A stretch of DNA of 64,000 bases, taken from Candidatus Krumholzibacteriales bacterium (GTDB taxonomy: Bacteria > Krumholzibacteriota > Krumholzibacteriia > Krumholzibacteriales > WJIX01). Of the stretch, positions 29,390 to 39,942 are shown in pieces. The stretch spans positions 1-64,000 of the forward strand of contig JAWODM010000062.1 of the NCBI GenBank assembly GCA_046483305.1. The letters are read 5' to 3'. Each line of letters begins with the position of its first letter. The stretch's first letter is position 1. The position numbers were made by a program, and so were the translations under genes. The notes under the pieces are model-generated. The model was not told the origin of the DNA. It ran no database searches and saw nothing but the letters and a program-made list of their open reading frames with translations.

Positions 29390-30415
29390 CTAATACATCT
29401 CTTTCTTGGCTTTTCTGAGCATCAGGTCTCTGATGGCGTTCTCTGGGTGCTTTCGGTGAAAGAGTACGCTGTAGACCTGTTCGGCAATGGGGAGTTCAAC
29501 CCTATGCTTCTTACCGAGTTTAACCGCCGCACGGGTAGTCTTTATCCCCTCCACTATCATAACCATGTCGTCCAGTATCTCCCTGAGTTTCTTCCCCTTT
29601 CCGATCTGCTCGCCGAAGTAACGATTCCGGCTGTGCCTGCTCATACATGTCACTATCAGGTCCCCCACACCTGAAAGCCCGCTGAATGTCTCTTTCCTGG
29701 CTCCCAGCTTCACAGCCAGGCGCTTGATCTCGGCCAGCCCCCTGGTAATAAGGGCGGCTTTGGTGTTATCTCCGTAACCGAGCCCATCGCATATCCCGGC
29801 GGCAATGGCGATGGTATTCTTGAGCGATACCCCGATTTCCACCCCCACCAGGTCCGTATTGGTGTACACCCGGAAGTGATTGGACATAAAGAGTTTCTGA
29901 ACCTTCCTCAAGACTTCCTGGTTTTCGCCCGCCGCCACTACCGATGTCGGCATTTTCCTGCTCACCTCTTCGGCGTGGCTTGGCCCCAGCAGCCCGGTTA
30001 TCAGACTGCTTCTCTGGGGGAGTTCTTCAATCAGTACCTCGCTCATCCTGCAGAGTGTCTTTTCCTCCAGTCCCTTCGAGGCGTTGATCACCACCGCCCT
30101 GCGGTTGAGAGTGCTCTGAGAGGCCACATTGAGGGCCACTTCCCGCACCGTGTGACTGGGTGTGACAAACACAATGTAATCGCTTCCCTCCAGGGCTTCT
30201 CTCAGGCCGGAGGTAATCCTGATGGACCAGGGAATGGAAATACCCGGAAGGAAACGGATGTTCTCATGGTCACGCTTCAGGGCTTCCGCCTGCTCGCCGA
30301 ACTTCTCCCACATGGTGACACGGTGGCCGTTGTCGGACAGGAGGATGGCTATACTGGTTCCCCAGCTTCCTGCTCCCAGAACGGTTACACTTTCCTTTTT
30401 TCTCTTCGAAGGCAT
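29390..30415 (-). CDS. gpsA: NAD(P)H-dependent glycerol-3-phosphate dehydrogenase
   Basis: GAGSWGT, SKGLE, GPSHAEEV, LKN, GDLIVTCMSRHSRNR. Confidence 0.96.
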   Translation of the reverse strand: MPSKRKKESVTVLGAGSWGTSIAILLSDNGHRVTMWEKFGEQAEALKRDHENIRFLPGISIPWSIRITSGLREALEGSDYIVFVTPSHTVREVALNVASQSTLNRRAVVINASKGLEEKTLCRMSEVLIEELPQRSSLITGLLGPSHAEEVSRKMPTSVVAAGENQEVLRKVQKLFMSNHFRVYTNTDLVGVEIGVSLKNTIAIAAGICDGLGYGDNTKAALITRGLAEIKRLAVKLGARKETFSGLSGVGDLIVTCMSRHSRNRYFGEQIGKGKKLREILDDMVMIVEGIKTTRAAVKLGKKHRVELPIAEQVYSVLFHRKHPENAIRDLMLRKAKKEMY

Positions 30416-31029
30416 CAGAATATCCTCTTTTCTGTTCCGTTTCTCAATCTCTGGATATTTGACCTGTGTTTGTAGACCACTACCACCGATACAATGACCG
30501 AAAGCGCCACAGCAAGAATATTGATATCTCTTCCCATGTAATATTTTGATACAAGTACCGCCAGCGGGAGGGCTATCGATGCCGCTATGCTCGCCAGAGA
30601 GACTATTCTGGTGGTTAGAAGCAGGGTCAGCCATATAAGGAGGCATATCAGCACCGCAACCGGAACTATCGCCAGGAATGCGCCTGTAGTTGTACCTACC
30701 CCCTTACCTCCCGAGAATCTTACAAACACCGAGTAATTATGCCCCAGGATGGCCATCAGGGCAGCAAGAGCGATAAAGGCGAAGTTATCGATTCCAGCCA
30801 TTGATACAAGTTTTACCGCAAGAAATCCTTTGCCTATATCGATTATCAGAACCGGAACGGCAGCCTTCGCTCCAAGGATCCTGAAGGTGTTGGCCGCTCC
30901 GAGGTTGCCGCTGCCGTAATCTCTCAGATCGATCCCCCTCAGCATTTTCGCCATTATAAAGCTCGAAGGAATTGAACCGAGCAGATAGCCCGACGCCGCA
31001 ATCCCCAGAATTTTCAGAAAAAGCTCCAT
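30415..31029 (-). CDS. plsY: Glycerol-3-phosphate acyltransferase PlsY
   Basis: YLLGSIP, GSGNLGAAN, GHNY...GGKGV, HRSNIQRL. Confidence 0.95.
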   Translation of the reverse strand: MELFLKILGIAASGYLLGSIPSSFIMAKMLRGIDLRDYGSGNLGAANTFRILGAKAAVPVLIIDIGKGFLAVKLVSMAGIDNFAFIALAALMAILGHNYSVFVRFSGGKGVGTTTGAFLAIVPVAVLICLLIWLTLLLTTRIVSLASIAASIALPLAVLVSKYYMGRDINILAVALSVIVSVVVVYKHRSNIQRLRNGTEKRIF

Positions 31030-31030
31030 A

Positions 31031-32356
31031 CTAATGCTCCCTTGAATTGAATAACAGTCTAACAGCTGTCCCCTCAAAGGTAAACACTTTTCTTAATTGA
31101 TTATTAATATAACGCCTATAAGATCTTGGGAAATAACTGGAATTGTTAACAAAAAGCTTGAAGGTTGGAGGTTCTATGTCTATCTGGGTCCCGTAGTATA
31201 TCTTTCCGGTTCCCCCCTTGTAGAATGAAGGGGGGTTCTGTTCCGTTATTCTGCCCAGTTCCCTGTTAAAAACCGGGGTAGGGATACGTTTGGTCCTCTC
31301 CTCCTGAATGGTGAAACAGAGAGGAAGTATTCTGCTGATCCTCTTGCCTGAAAGAGCTGAAACAGTTATCATCGGAGCATACTGTACGAAGGGAAGAGAA
31401 TCATAGACCATCTTCCTGAAATCCCCGAAACTGAACTGATCGGTGTCGACCAGGTCCCATTTGTTGAATACTATTATCAATCCCTTCCTCGATTTATGAG
31501 CTAATGATATCACCCGCATATCCTGCCTGGTTATGCTGTAGCGGGATGCGTCGATGATCGCCAGCACTACATCTGCCTGATCCACGCTCCTGAGTGATTT
31601 CATGGTGGTAAGCCCTTCCAGCCCCCTCTCCTTCTTATATTTCTTTTTTATTCCCGCAGTATCAACAATCACTACATCTTTGCCGTGATACTTCAGGTGA
31701 AGGTTTATGCTGTCTCTGGTCGTTCCGGGGGTTTCTGATACTATGTTTCTCTCATCACCGATGAGGCGGTTGAGGACGGAGCTCTTGCCCACATTCGGTT
31801 TCCCTATGATCGCAATATTGAGCGCTTCCTTTTCTTTTCTCAAAGGAGGCCTGGAAGATGGCAGCCTTTCGACCACTTCATCAAGAAGATCTCCTACCCC
31901 CCTGCCCTGTATGGCGCTGACTGGAAACAGCCTGCTGAAGCCGAGAGAATAAAACTCATTTACAGCGGGAATCATCTGCTCGTTATCGACCTTGTTGACA
32001 GCGCAGATGATTTTGTCATACATTCTCCGGATGTTATTGAACAGAGACTGGTCTTCGCTGGTTAAACCGGTCAGAGCGTCAACCAGAAATATAATAAGGT
32101 CGGCCCTCCGGGAGTATTCCAGCACTCTTCTGGTAATCTCCTCATTGAGGTAGCTCCCCCTGGTAAAGCAGAATCCCCCGGTATCGATTATCTTGAATCT
32201 GCTGCCGTTCCAGGATACTATTTCTTCAATGGTATCCCTGGTGACACCTGGAGTTGAGTGGGTAATTGCTTCTCTTTTGCCGACTATGCGGTTGAAGAGA
32301 GTCGACTTGCCGGAATTCGGCTTCCCCACTATTACCACGCTGAATTCTCCGCTCAT
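31031..32356 (-). CDS. der: Ribosome biogenesis GTPase Der
   Basis: Two G domains (GKPNSGKS, GKPNVGKS; TRD; NKVD/NKWD) plus KH-like C-terminus. Confidence 0.96.
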   Translation of the reverse strand: MSGEFSVVIVGKPNSGKSTLFNRIVGKREAITHSTPGVTRDTIEEIVSWNGSRFKIIDTGGFCFTRGSYLNEEITRRVLEYSRRADLIIFLVDALTGLTSEDQSLFNNIRRMYDKIICAVNKVDNEQMIPAVNEFYSLGFSRLFPVSAIQGRGVGDLLDEVVERLPSSRPPLRKEKEALNIAIIGKPNVGKSSVLNRLIGDERNIVSETPGTTRDSINLHLKYHGKDVVIVDTAGIKKKYKKERGLEGLTTMKSLRSVDQADVVLAIIDASRYSITRQDMRVISLAHKSRKGLIIVFNKWDLVDTDQFSFGDFRKMVYDSLPFVQYAPMITVSALSGKRISRILPLCFTIQEERTKRIPTPVFNRELGRITEQNPPSFYKGGTGKIYYGTQIDIEPPTFKLFVNNSSYFPRSYRRYINNQLRKVFTFEGTAVRLLFNSREH

Positions 32357-32398
32357 AACTGTTCCCTTTTTTCAATCCGTCGATGAATTTCCGGAATA

Positions 32399-33691
32399 TC
32401 AGATGCCGGTGACTGACCGCTCCAGGAAATTGCTTTCGGGAAGAATAATCTCCCTGTCAAGAGCCACGGCAATATCGTCCACGGAGCTGTCATCAATGAG
32501 CATACCTCGATGATTTACCGCATTGGGAGGTATCACTACCCTGCCGCTCAGATTATCAATCCCGCGGGCGGCTGATATTATATCAGACCCGCTGAGCAGG
32601 CCTGAAACGGTGACCTGTTCACCGAAAAGCCTGTTTTCGACCTCAACAATCTGAATACTGCATTCCGGCATCTCACTTCTTACCAGCGGCATAATATATC
32701 TGTTAATGAGACGGCCGCCAAGCTTTCCGGTAATTACCGCAAATTCAGAGGTCTTTAATCCCTCTCTCCTTAATCTCTCAATTTCTGTTTTAATATCTTC
32801 TATGAACCGTCGGGACAGCCCGACTCCATTATCGATCTGGAAATATTCGCTGTAGTAGCCGTCCGGTGGAAGTTCGCGCCCGGCGGCCAGATAGAATTCA
32901 TCGGACAGGTAGAAGAATCTTTCTTCCATTTCTCCAGTCCCCTCCAGCCTGCTCTCCATTGAATCCTTCCATCTGAAAATTTCCTCCGCCCTCTCCGGAG
33001 TGACCCTTTCTATTAATGGAAGGTTATCCCGGTGCCTGGTCAGGCCTACCGGCACGATGGAAAGGGAACGGCATCCCGGATATAGACCGGCCAGGGATTG
33101 AACTGTTTCAGAAAGGTATCTGCCGTCGTTAACCTCTGGAACCAGAACTATCTGGGCGTGAAAGGTTATCCCTTCTCCGGTGAGTCTCCGGAGCACTTCC
33201 AGAATATCGCTGCTAATCGGACGTCCGAAGATATATTCCCTCAAATCCCTGTCTACCGCGTGAACTGATATATACAGCGGGGACAGGTTATATTCAATTA
33301 TCCTGCTGATATCGGATTCAGATATATCATTGAGAGTTATATAATTGCCGTAGAGGAAACTGAGCCTGTAGTCATCATCCCTGCAATACAGGGTATCCCT
33401 GAGGCCCGGCGGCATCTGATCCACGAAACAGAATATGCACTTGCTGCCGCAGGTCCTGAATTCCATTTCCCGGAAGGAGACCCCCTCTCTTTCAAAATAA
33501 CTGTATTCCAGGTTCATCTCTGTCCGCCCGCCTTCCTTTTTTCTTATCTTCACCCTGGCGCGCTCTCCCCCCCCCATATTGAAAAGAATATCCAGCTGAT
33601 CGTGCACTTTCTTTCCGTTGATGGAGATTATCTCATCACCGGGAGAGATATGCTCCTGATCTCCGGCGACGGTTTCTATTTTTACACCCAT
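32399..33691 (-). CDS. DUF512 radical-SAM-like Fe-S protein with N-terminal PDZ
   Basis: CGSKCIFCFVDQMPPGLR, DDDYRLSFLYGNYITL, VPVGLTRHR, NGVG; upstream of der. Confidence 0.88.
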   Translation of the reverse strand: MGVKIETVAGDQEHISPGDEIISINGKKVHDQLDILFNMGGGERARVKIRKKEGGRTEMNLEYSYFEREGVSFREMEFRTCGSKCIFCFVDQMPPGLRDTLYCRDDDYRLSFLYGNYITLNDISESDISRIIEYNLSPLYISVHAVDRDLREYIFGRPISSDILEVLRRLTGEGITFHAQIVLVPEVNDGRYLSETVQSLAGLYPGCRSLSIVPVGLTRHRDNLPLIERVTPERAEEIFRWKDSMESRLEGTGEMEERFFYLSDEFYLAAGRELPPDGYYSEYFQIDNGVGLSRRFIEDIKTEIERLRREGLKTSEFAVITGKLGGRLINRYIMPLVRSEMPECSIQIVEVENRLFGEQVTVSGLLSGSDIISAARGIDNLSGRVVIPPNAVNHRGMLIDDSSVDDIAVALDREIILPESNFLERSVTGI

Positions 33692-33730
33692 GAGAAAATT
33701 CCCGGATTGTTATTAAGCTTTAAATAAAAA

Positions 33731-33802
33731 AGCGGGCAACGGGATTCGAACCCGCGACCCTCAGCTTGGGAAGCTGAAACTCTACCACTGAGTTATGCCC
33801 GC
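33731..33802 (-). tRNA. tRNA-Gly(CCC), CCA not encoded
   Basis: GCGGGCA acceptor stem, TCAGC-TT CCC AA-GCTGA anticodon arm, GTTCGAATC. Confidence 0.95.
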
Positions 33803-33817
33803 ACAGAAAACAAATTA

Positions 33818-34738
33818 TCAGTTTGGCCACTCCTTGTCAAGGATCATGGAGACCTCTTCCAGGGGGTCATCTTCGTTTATATCAAGCCATTTAACGTTAT
33901 CCTCCTTTCTGAACCAGGTTAGCTGCCGTTTGGCGTACTGCCTGGTTGCGGCGGATATCTTTTCCACGCAGGATTCAAGGTCTATCTCCCCGCCAAGGTA
34001 AGATATGATTTCCTGATAGCCAATGGTCTGCATCCCCGGAAGCTCCGGGCCTATCCCTTCATTCAGAAGTCCCCTGACCTCATCTATCCATCCTCTTTCT
34101 ATCATCTCAGCCGTTCTTCTGTTGATTCTCTGGTGAATAATCTTTCTGCGGGAATTCAGCCCTATTTTAACGGCCTCCAGGCCGAACTCGTTCTCATCGG
34201 TCTGGTTACGGATATGCTCACTCAGGGGGGTCCCGGACAGGTTGTATACTTCCAGAGCCCTGATAATCCTGTACCGGTCATTTTCATGAATTTTCTCCGA
34301 GATTCCCCTGTCAATCTCCGATAATTGTTCATAGAGATCCCGGGTAGGGGTATCGCTTACCCGGGAAGCGAACTCCTCTCTCTCATCTTCGTAGAGATCG
34401 ATATCGAAAAGCCCGTGAAGAACAGCCTTCAGATAGAAACCGGCCCCCCCGACCAGGACGGGCATCCGGCCTCTGGCGGAAATATCAGCTACCGCTTTTC
34501 TGGCCTCTTTCGCGAACCAGACTGCGTCACACTTCTGATCGAGGTCCAGAAGATCGAGCATGTGATGGGGTACCGTCTCCCTCTGATCCGGAGTAGGTTT
34601 GGCGGTGCCGATATCTATTTTCCTGTAGACTGTACGGGAGTCTATACAGACGATTTCACCTCTGTATTCCTGAGATATTTCGAGTGCCAGTCCGCTTTTT
34701 CCCGCAGCCGTGGGCCCAAGGATAACAAGTCCCTTCAT
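33818..34738 (-). CDS. miaA: tRNA dimethylallyltransferase
   Basis: GPTAAGKS, DSRTVY...DIGTAKP, RIIRALEV, TRQYAKRQLTWF. Confidence 0.96.
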   Translation of the reverse strand: MKGLVILGPTAAGKSGLALEISQEYRGEIVCIDSRTVYRKIDIGTAKPTPDQRETVPHHMLDLLDLDQKCDAVWFAKEARKAVADISARGRMPVLVGGAGFYLKAVLHGLFDIDLYEDEREEFASRVSDTPTRDLYEQLSEIDRGISEKIHENDRYRIIRALEVYNLSGTPLSEHIRNQTDENEFGLEAVKIGLNSRRKIIHQRINRRTAEMIERGWIDEVRGLLNEGIGPELPGMQTIGYQEIISYLGGEIDLESCVEKISAATRQYAKRQLTWFRKEDNVKWLDINEDDPLEEVSMILDKEWPN

Positions 34739-36486
34739 CTCTCCTCCGTTTTACGGCCGAAACGGCGATCCAGTTCCGGACGGGAGATACGCAGCATGGT
34801 GGGGCGTCCGTGAGGGCAGGTAAACGGATATTCTGTAGCGAACAGCTGATCGACCAGGCTCTCCATCTCTTCAACCGACAGTTTTTCGCCTGCCCTGATT
34901 GCTGAATGACATGCGTAACTTTTCAGCATAGCGTCGAGGGAGCTTCCTTTTCCTCCCGTTTCGCCGAGGATGTCTCTCAGCAGCGCCCCCTCGCTCCAGT
35001 TCTTGACTCCCGCCGGAATCCCCCGTACTATAATGGTCCTGATTCCGAAAGGCTCTGCTTCGAATCCCAGCTGGGGGAGGATATCTGAATACTCCTCGAA
35101 ATTATCATATTCCTCCGGCGAGAGTTCTATGGTAGCCGGAAAAAGCAGAGACTGAACCCTGGGCTTTTCTCCCGCTATGTTATTTCTGGCCCTGTTGTAA
35201 AGAATCCTTTCGTGAGCGGCGTGCTGGTCGATAATAACCATTCCGTTCCGGATCTGGATAAATATATAGCTGTCATGAAGCTGCCAGTAAAGCTCCGCCG
35301 ATTTTGACATCTCAGATTTTTCATTGAGGAGAGATTGAGGAGATTCCCGGGCCAGCCATTCTGTTTCCCTTATATCAAGCTCGCCCTGCCGCGAGTACTC
35401 CGGAGTATCCCGGCCGGCCGCTTCCGGCATCTCTTCCTTCTGTTTTTCCGGAAAGATACTGCGGTAGACAGATTCAACCTTTTCCTGAAAAGAGACCGTT
35501 TTTTCTCCCCTCACAGCATCCCTTACTGACCGGTGGACAAACCGGTGTACCTCTCTCTCGTTCTGAAATTTGATTCTTGATTTTGAGGGGTGGACATTAA
35601 TATCCACCAGATTGCGCGGGACCTCCAGAAACAGAATCGCCATGGGATGCCTGTCGGCCGGTATCACATTCTCATATGCCCTCCGGAGCGCGTAACCAAT
35701 AATCTTATCCTTTACGTATCTGTTATTCACAAAAAAATACTGCATGGAGCGGTTGCCCCTCGATAATTCCGGGCTGGAGACGTAACCGGAGAGCCTGAAT
35801 TCTCCGCCGGCCCTTTCAACCTTCTTCATCCGGTTGAAATTTCCAGGACCGGTAACCGCCTCTATCCTCTCTTTCAGTGACGAGGCGCTGTAGGATAGTA
35901 TCTTCTTCCCGTCGCTTTCCAGAGTGATGGCAGTAAATGGGAATGATATGCTCATCCTTCTTATCAGAGCTGTTATCCTCCGGGTTTCGGCGGAATCGCT
36001 GGAGAGGAACTTCTTTCTGGCGGGGAGGTTGAAGAAGAGATCCCGGACGGTTACCGTGGTGCCGGTTTTTCGCGCGGCAGGCTTTTCCCCGGTTAGCCTT
36101 ATGCCCTCCCAGGAAACCTCCCTGGCCGCCTCGTCATTTTCGGTACCCGATAGAATGCTCAGCCTGCTTACCGCTCTGATACTCGCCAGTGCCTCTCCCC
36201 TGAATCCCAGCGTATCTACCGTGCCGATATCTTCTATGCCGCTGATTTTGCTGGTCGAGAAATTGTCTGCCGCGGCCTCAATCTCCGAAGCGGGAATCCC
36301 GGCGCCGTCATCCTTTATTCTGATAAGTTCCTTCCCTCCCCCCTGGAGTGTGACCGATATTCTGGCCGCACCGGCATCTATGGAATTCTCTATCAATTCC
36401 TTGACCACATTAACCGGGCGTTCTATCACCTCGCCGGCTGCTATCCTGGCGGTGGTCTCTCTGGATAACTTTTTTATAAAAGCCAA
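34735..36486 (-). CDS. mutL: DNA mismatch repair protein MutL
   Basis: IAAGEVIERP, KELIENSIDAG, GFRGEAL, DQHAAHER endonuclease motif, CPHGRP. Confidence 0.97.
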   Translation of the reverse strand: MAFIKKLSRETTARIAAGEVIERPVNVVKELIENSIDAGAARISVTLQGGGKELIRIKDDGAGIPASEIEAAADNFSTSKISGIEDIGTVDTLGFRGEALASIRAVSRLSILSGTENDEAAREVSWEGIRLTGEKPAARKTGTTVTVRDLFFNLPARKKFLSSDSAETRRITALIRRMSISFPFTAITLESDGKKILSYSASSLKERIEAVTGPGNFNRMKKVERAGGEFRLSGYVSSPELSRGNRSMQYFFVNNRYVKDKIIGYALRRAYENVIPADRHPMAILFLEVPRNLVDINVHPSKSRIKFQNEREVHRFVHRSVRDAVRGEKTVSFQEKVESVYRSIFPEKQKEEMPEAAGRDTPEYSRQGELDIRETEWLARESPQSLLNEKSEMSKSAELYWQLHDSYIFIQIRNGMVIIDQHAAHERILYNRARNNIAGEKPRVQSLLFPATIELSPEEYDNFEEYSDILPQLGFEAEPFGIRTIIVRGIPAGVKNWSEGALLRDILGETGGKGSSLDAMLKSYACHSAIRAGEKLSVEEMESLVDQLFATEYPFTCPHGRPTMLRISRPELDRRFGRKTEER

Positions 36487-36615
36487 CTTTCAGTCCTTCT
36501 CAGCTTGAATACCATTACAATATTATCTAGAACGAAAATAACACAGCCCGGCGGGAGCGGCAACGAATAATCGATGTAACCTGTGGAAAGGCAGGATTGA
36601 AGGCGGCGTGCGATA

Positions 36616-38190
36616 CTATTTTATCCGGCGCAGATTCATCAGGACGTTTATCTTCCCTTCCATATCCCTGTTCTGAGGATAATACAGAAGCATGTCTGAA
36701 TATCCGTCCCCGTTAAGGTCCTCTACCTCAATTTCGCCGAAGGCCAGGATATCGATTTCAGCAGCCCTGTCGTCTGAGAAGATCTTGTCGTCATTGTTCG
36801 TTATTCCCAGGTATATCGATAGTTGGTCATCGTCGGTGGCGAAGACAAAGTCTTTTCTGAGGTCATTGTTGAAATCACCATGAAGATTGATAGCCTGGGT
36901 ATCGCTCTCCCCTGAGAAATCGATTTTGAATTTAACCTCTTTGGAGAAATCCGGGTTTTCCGAGAAACGGCCGTTTTCATTATAAAGGAAAATATTAAAT
37001 CTGATGGGGAAAGACCTTGTAATAAGGAATCTTATCAGCGATGTAACGCTGATCTTCACGGAAGGCAGTATAAGGTCCATCTTCCCGTCGCCGTTCACAT
37101 CCATTATAGTGGTTCCCGCCGACGCTGTACCCTCCGATATTATTACCTGGTCGGGAGTCGATTTGTAGCCCTCCTCTCGGCCGTTATAGATACTGAGCAC
37201 CCCCCTGAGTTCGGTTATCCCCCTGGCGGTCTGCTTGGTTACGATAACATCCGAGTAGCCGTCAGAATCGAGGTTCTGAATGGTGGTGTATACATTTGCC
37301 ATCGCCTCGATCTTCTCCTTCCTGGAGCGCACATCGAAATTCATGTATACTTCCGGCTGGTCCCTGAACATATTGCTTCTGTCCTTGATGTACACGTACA
37401 ACCTGTCTTCCCTGGTTATCAGAAGATCGCTGCGCCCGTCATTGTTATAATCTATCAGGTTCAGGTCGGGAAAATAGAAGTTGGAGGTCAGGCCTTCGGT
37501 CCGGAAAGGATAATCACGGCTGATGCGGCCGGATACGGATGATTCGATTTTAACGGGGATGCTGTTATATTCCCGGTATACGCCCGCGGAATCCGCTGAG
37601 TAGAGTGATAACCCTTCAAACCTGAATGCCGCAATTTCATTCCTGCCGTTTCCGCTCCAGTCTCTGACAAAATCAATTAAGGGAATGTCGTCTTTTTCAG
37701 GGAACAGAGTCATGCCTCTGACATTGAGCAGTACTTCCGGTTCCGTATGAAAATAGAACCCGTCCCGTATCTGATAATACTTGATGCTGCGATCTGTGAA
37801 GTATACGATTTCTTCACGGGAGTCGCCGGTAATATCCCCTGTATCCATGATTACTGCAGCGCTGTCTATCTCCCAGGACTGATCCGCGGCGCTGAAAAAC
37901 TTTCCGTTCGAGCTCTGGTGGAAGATCGATATCCATCTGGTTTCTTTTGGCGGAAGCCCTTTTATATGCGTTATCATTATATCCTTGAGGCCGTCGCTGT
38001 CAAAATCGCTGATATGGATATCCAGCATCTTGTCCGCGACTCCCAGTTGAGATATTTCGAACGCCGGTTCATCTGCATTAACCGGAGTGGCGGAAAAGGC
38101 CAGCGCCAGAAGAATTATTAATATCAAAGGGTATCCGGTTTTGCGTAATCCCTTGAACATCACAGTTGTCACCTCATTTATGCTTATCAT
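36616..38190 (-). CDS. Secreted FG-GAP/VCBS repeat beta-propeller protein
   Basis: Signal peptide; repeated DxNxDGxxD motifs (DFDSDGLKD, DYNNDGRSD, DVNGDGKMD, DLNGDGYSD); ATGA overlap with the permease stop. Confidence 0.8.
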   Translation of the reverse strand: MISINEVTTVMFKGLRKTGYPLILIILLALAFSATPVNADEPAFEISQLGVADKMLDIHISDFDSDGLKDIMITHIKGLPPKETRWISIFHQSSNGKFFSAADQSWEIDSAAVIMDTGDITGDSREEIVYFTDRSIKYYQIRDGFYFHTEPEVLLNVRGMTLFPEKDDIPLIDFVRDWSGNGRNEIAAFRFEGLSLYSADSAGVYREYNSIPVKIESSVSGRISRDYPFRTEGLTSNFYFPDLNLIDYNNDGRSDLLITREDRLYVYIKDRSNMFRDQPEVYMNFDVRSRKEKIEAMANVYTTIQNLDSDGYSDVIVTKQTARGITELRGVLSIYNGREEGYKSTPDQVIISEGTASAGTTIMDVNGDGKMDLILPSVKISVTSLIRFLITRSFPIRFNIFLYNENGRFSENPDFSKEVKFKIDFSGESDTQAINLHGDFNNDLRKDFVFATDDDQLSIYLGITNNDDKIFSDDRAAEIDILAFGEIEVEDLNGDGYSDMLLYYPQNRDMEGKINVLMNLRRIK

Positions 38191-38993
38191 GACTTTATCT
38201 CTTTTCTGTTTACCATGGCATATCCCGCAGTCAGCGACAGGGCCAGATACCCCGCGGGAAATCCCAGGGTATGGTATGTAATTTCCTTCCATGACATCTG
38301 AAGAGGGAGCCCCTTGGCCATGAGTACGAACTGTTCCACCGGCAATGATATATAACTGGTCAGAAGGAACGGTCTGGCCGCGCCGAATATTTCCAGTATC
38401 ACCATCAGCAGGGATGCGGCGATGACCACTGATATGGAAGAGCCGGCAGCGTTGAAAATCAGGGAGACGGCTGATGTTGCCGCTATAATTACTCCTGTCA
38501 CCCATAAGCTTAGAAGCAGGATCAGGCCCGATTTGAGCCACAGGTCGGATTCCGAGTGGATAAGGTAATTATTTTCGACCAGGGATTCGAAATCATATTT
38601 AAGAGAGGCCAGCAGAATTAACAGCGCCGCGGATATTATAAGTATGCCCCAGGATATTATGCAGCTGTGTAATAACTTTCCGGAATACCACATTCTTCTG
38701 GAAAGCGGCTGGACCCACGCCGCCTTCACGGTCCCCATACTGAATTCATTGGAAATCTGAAAACAGGTTATTATAACCGCCGCAAGGGAAACCCCCTTTA
38801 CAATCCATCCCAGAGAGGCCGCGGTTATATAGAATCCACTGGCCGGGCCGAAGGATAGGTTGTCCGAGGCGGCGCTGACTGCCAGGAAAATAAGGACCGT
38901 AATCACTATTATCATAACAGGGACGGTGATTAAGGACCTGGTTTTGCTCTGTTTGTATATTTCCGCTGAGATTATCTTTGCAATATCACCCAT
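38187..38993 (-). CDS. ABC-2 type transporter permease
   Basis: AEIYK, EFSMGTVK...PLSR...GK motif, about six TM segments. Confidence 0.85.
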   Translation of the reverse strand: MGDIAKIISAEIYKQSKTRSLITVPVMIIVITVLIFLAVSAASDNLSFGPASGFYITAASLGWIVKGVSLAAVIITCFQISNEFSMGTVKAAWVQPLSRRMWYSGKLLHSCIISWGILIISAALLILLASLKYDFESLVENNYLIHSESDLWLKSGLILLLSLWVTGVIIAATSAVSLIFNAAGSSISVVIAASLLMVILEIFGAARPFLLTSYISLPVEQFVLMAKGLPLQMSWKEITYHTLGFPAGYLALSLTAGYAMVNRKEIKS

Positions 38994-39906
38994 GGTTATC
39001 CGTTTCTTCACCGGTAAGGCGGAGAAAGATCTCCTCCAGCCTGTATTCCTTTTCTCTTATGTTCTCTATTCCGGCACCGCTTCCGGAGAGTTTCTCCCCG
39101 AGCTGTCCGGTGGTCAGAGAGGGAGCTATAACTTCCAGGATTTTCTCCCCGGTTCTCTTGAAATTTACAATCTGGTGAATTTCTCCTATTAATTTCTCGG
39201 CTGTTTCAGGATCTTCAGAATGGATTTCGATCATCCTCAGCTGTGAATCAGTTCCCGATATTATTATCTCTCCCCGGTGGATTATTATCATACTGTCGCA
39301 TATCTGCTGTATTTCTTCCATCCGGTGGGAGGAAAGCAGCACCGCCCTGCCCTCTTCCCGTGCAAGCAGGGGGATCAATTTTCTCATGTACGCAATACCG
39401 GCCGGATCGAGTCCGTTGGTAGGTTCGTCAAGCAGAAGAACCCGGGGATCCGGCAGAAGGGCGGCAGCCAGAGAGAGACGCTGTTTCATTCCCCAGGAGT
39501 ATTCCTTTACCTTACGGTCCGCTGCGTCCTTCAGGCCGCTCATTTCAATCATATCCTCCACTTCCAGAGTCTTATGGCCGGCGAGCCACCGCTTTTTAAG
39601 GATAAGATTCTCTCTGCCGCTGAGATAGGGGTAGAAAGCCGGCGAATCGAATTGAACGCCCAGATTGGACATGGCTTCAACCGTATTCCGGAATACATCT
39701 ATGCCGCAGACCCGTACCGACCCTGAAGTCGGCCTGAGCAAAGCGCATATTATCTTGAAGGTGGTAGTTTTGCCGGCGCCATTTGGACCCAGAAAGCCGT
39801 AAACTCCAGGCCGGGAAATCGATATATCTATTCCTTTCAAAGCCTCGGTCTTACCGAAATTCCTGGCGAGCCCTCTTATGTTAATGTATTCAGATTTGAT
39901 CTCCAT
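38986..39906 (-). CDS. ABC transporter ATP-binding protein (exporter, BcrA-like)
   Basis: GPNGAGKTT, YSWGMKQR, LLDEPTNGLDP, SSH. Confidence 0.95.
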   Translation of the reverse strand: MEIKSEYINIRGLARNFGKTEALKGIDISISRPGVYGFLGPNGAGKTTTFKIICALLRPTSGSVRVCGIDVFRNTVEAMSNLGVQFDSPAFYPYLSGRENLILKKRWLAGHKTLEVEDMIEMSGLKDAADRKVKEYSWGMKQRLSLAAALLPDPRVLLLDEPTNGLDPAGIAYMRKLIPLLAREEGRAVLLSSHRMEEIQQICDSMIIIHRGEIIISGTDSQLRMIEIHSEDPETAEKLIGEIHQIVNFKRTGEKILEVIAPSLTTGQLGEKLSGSGAGIENIREKEYRLEEIFLRLTGEETDNHG

Positions 39907-39942
39907 GAATATTTCCCGCCTCCGTAATCGTCAGCGTACCTT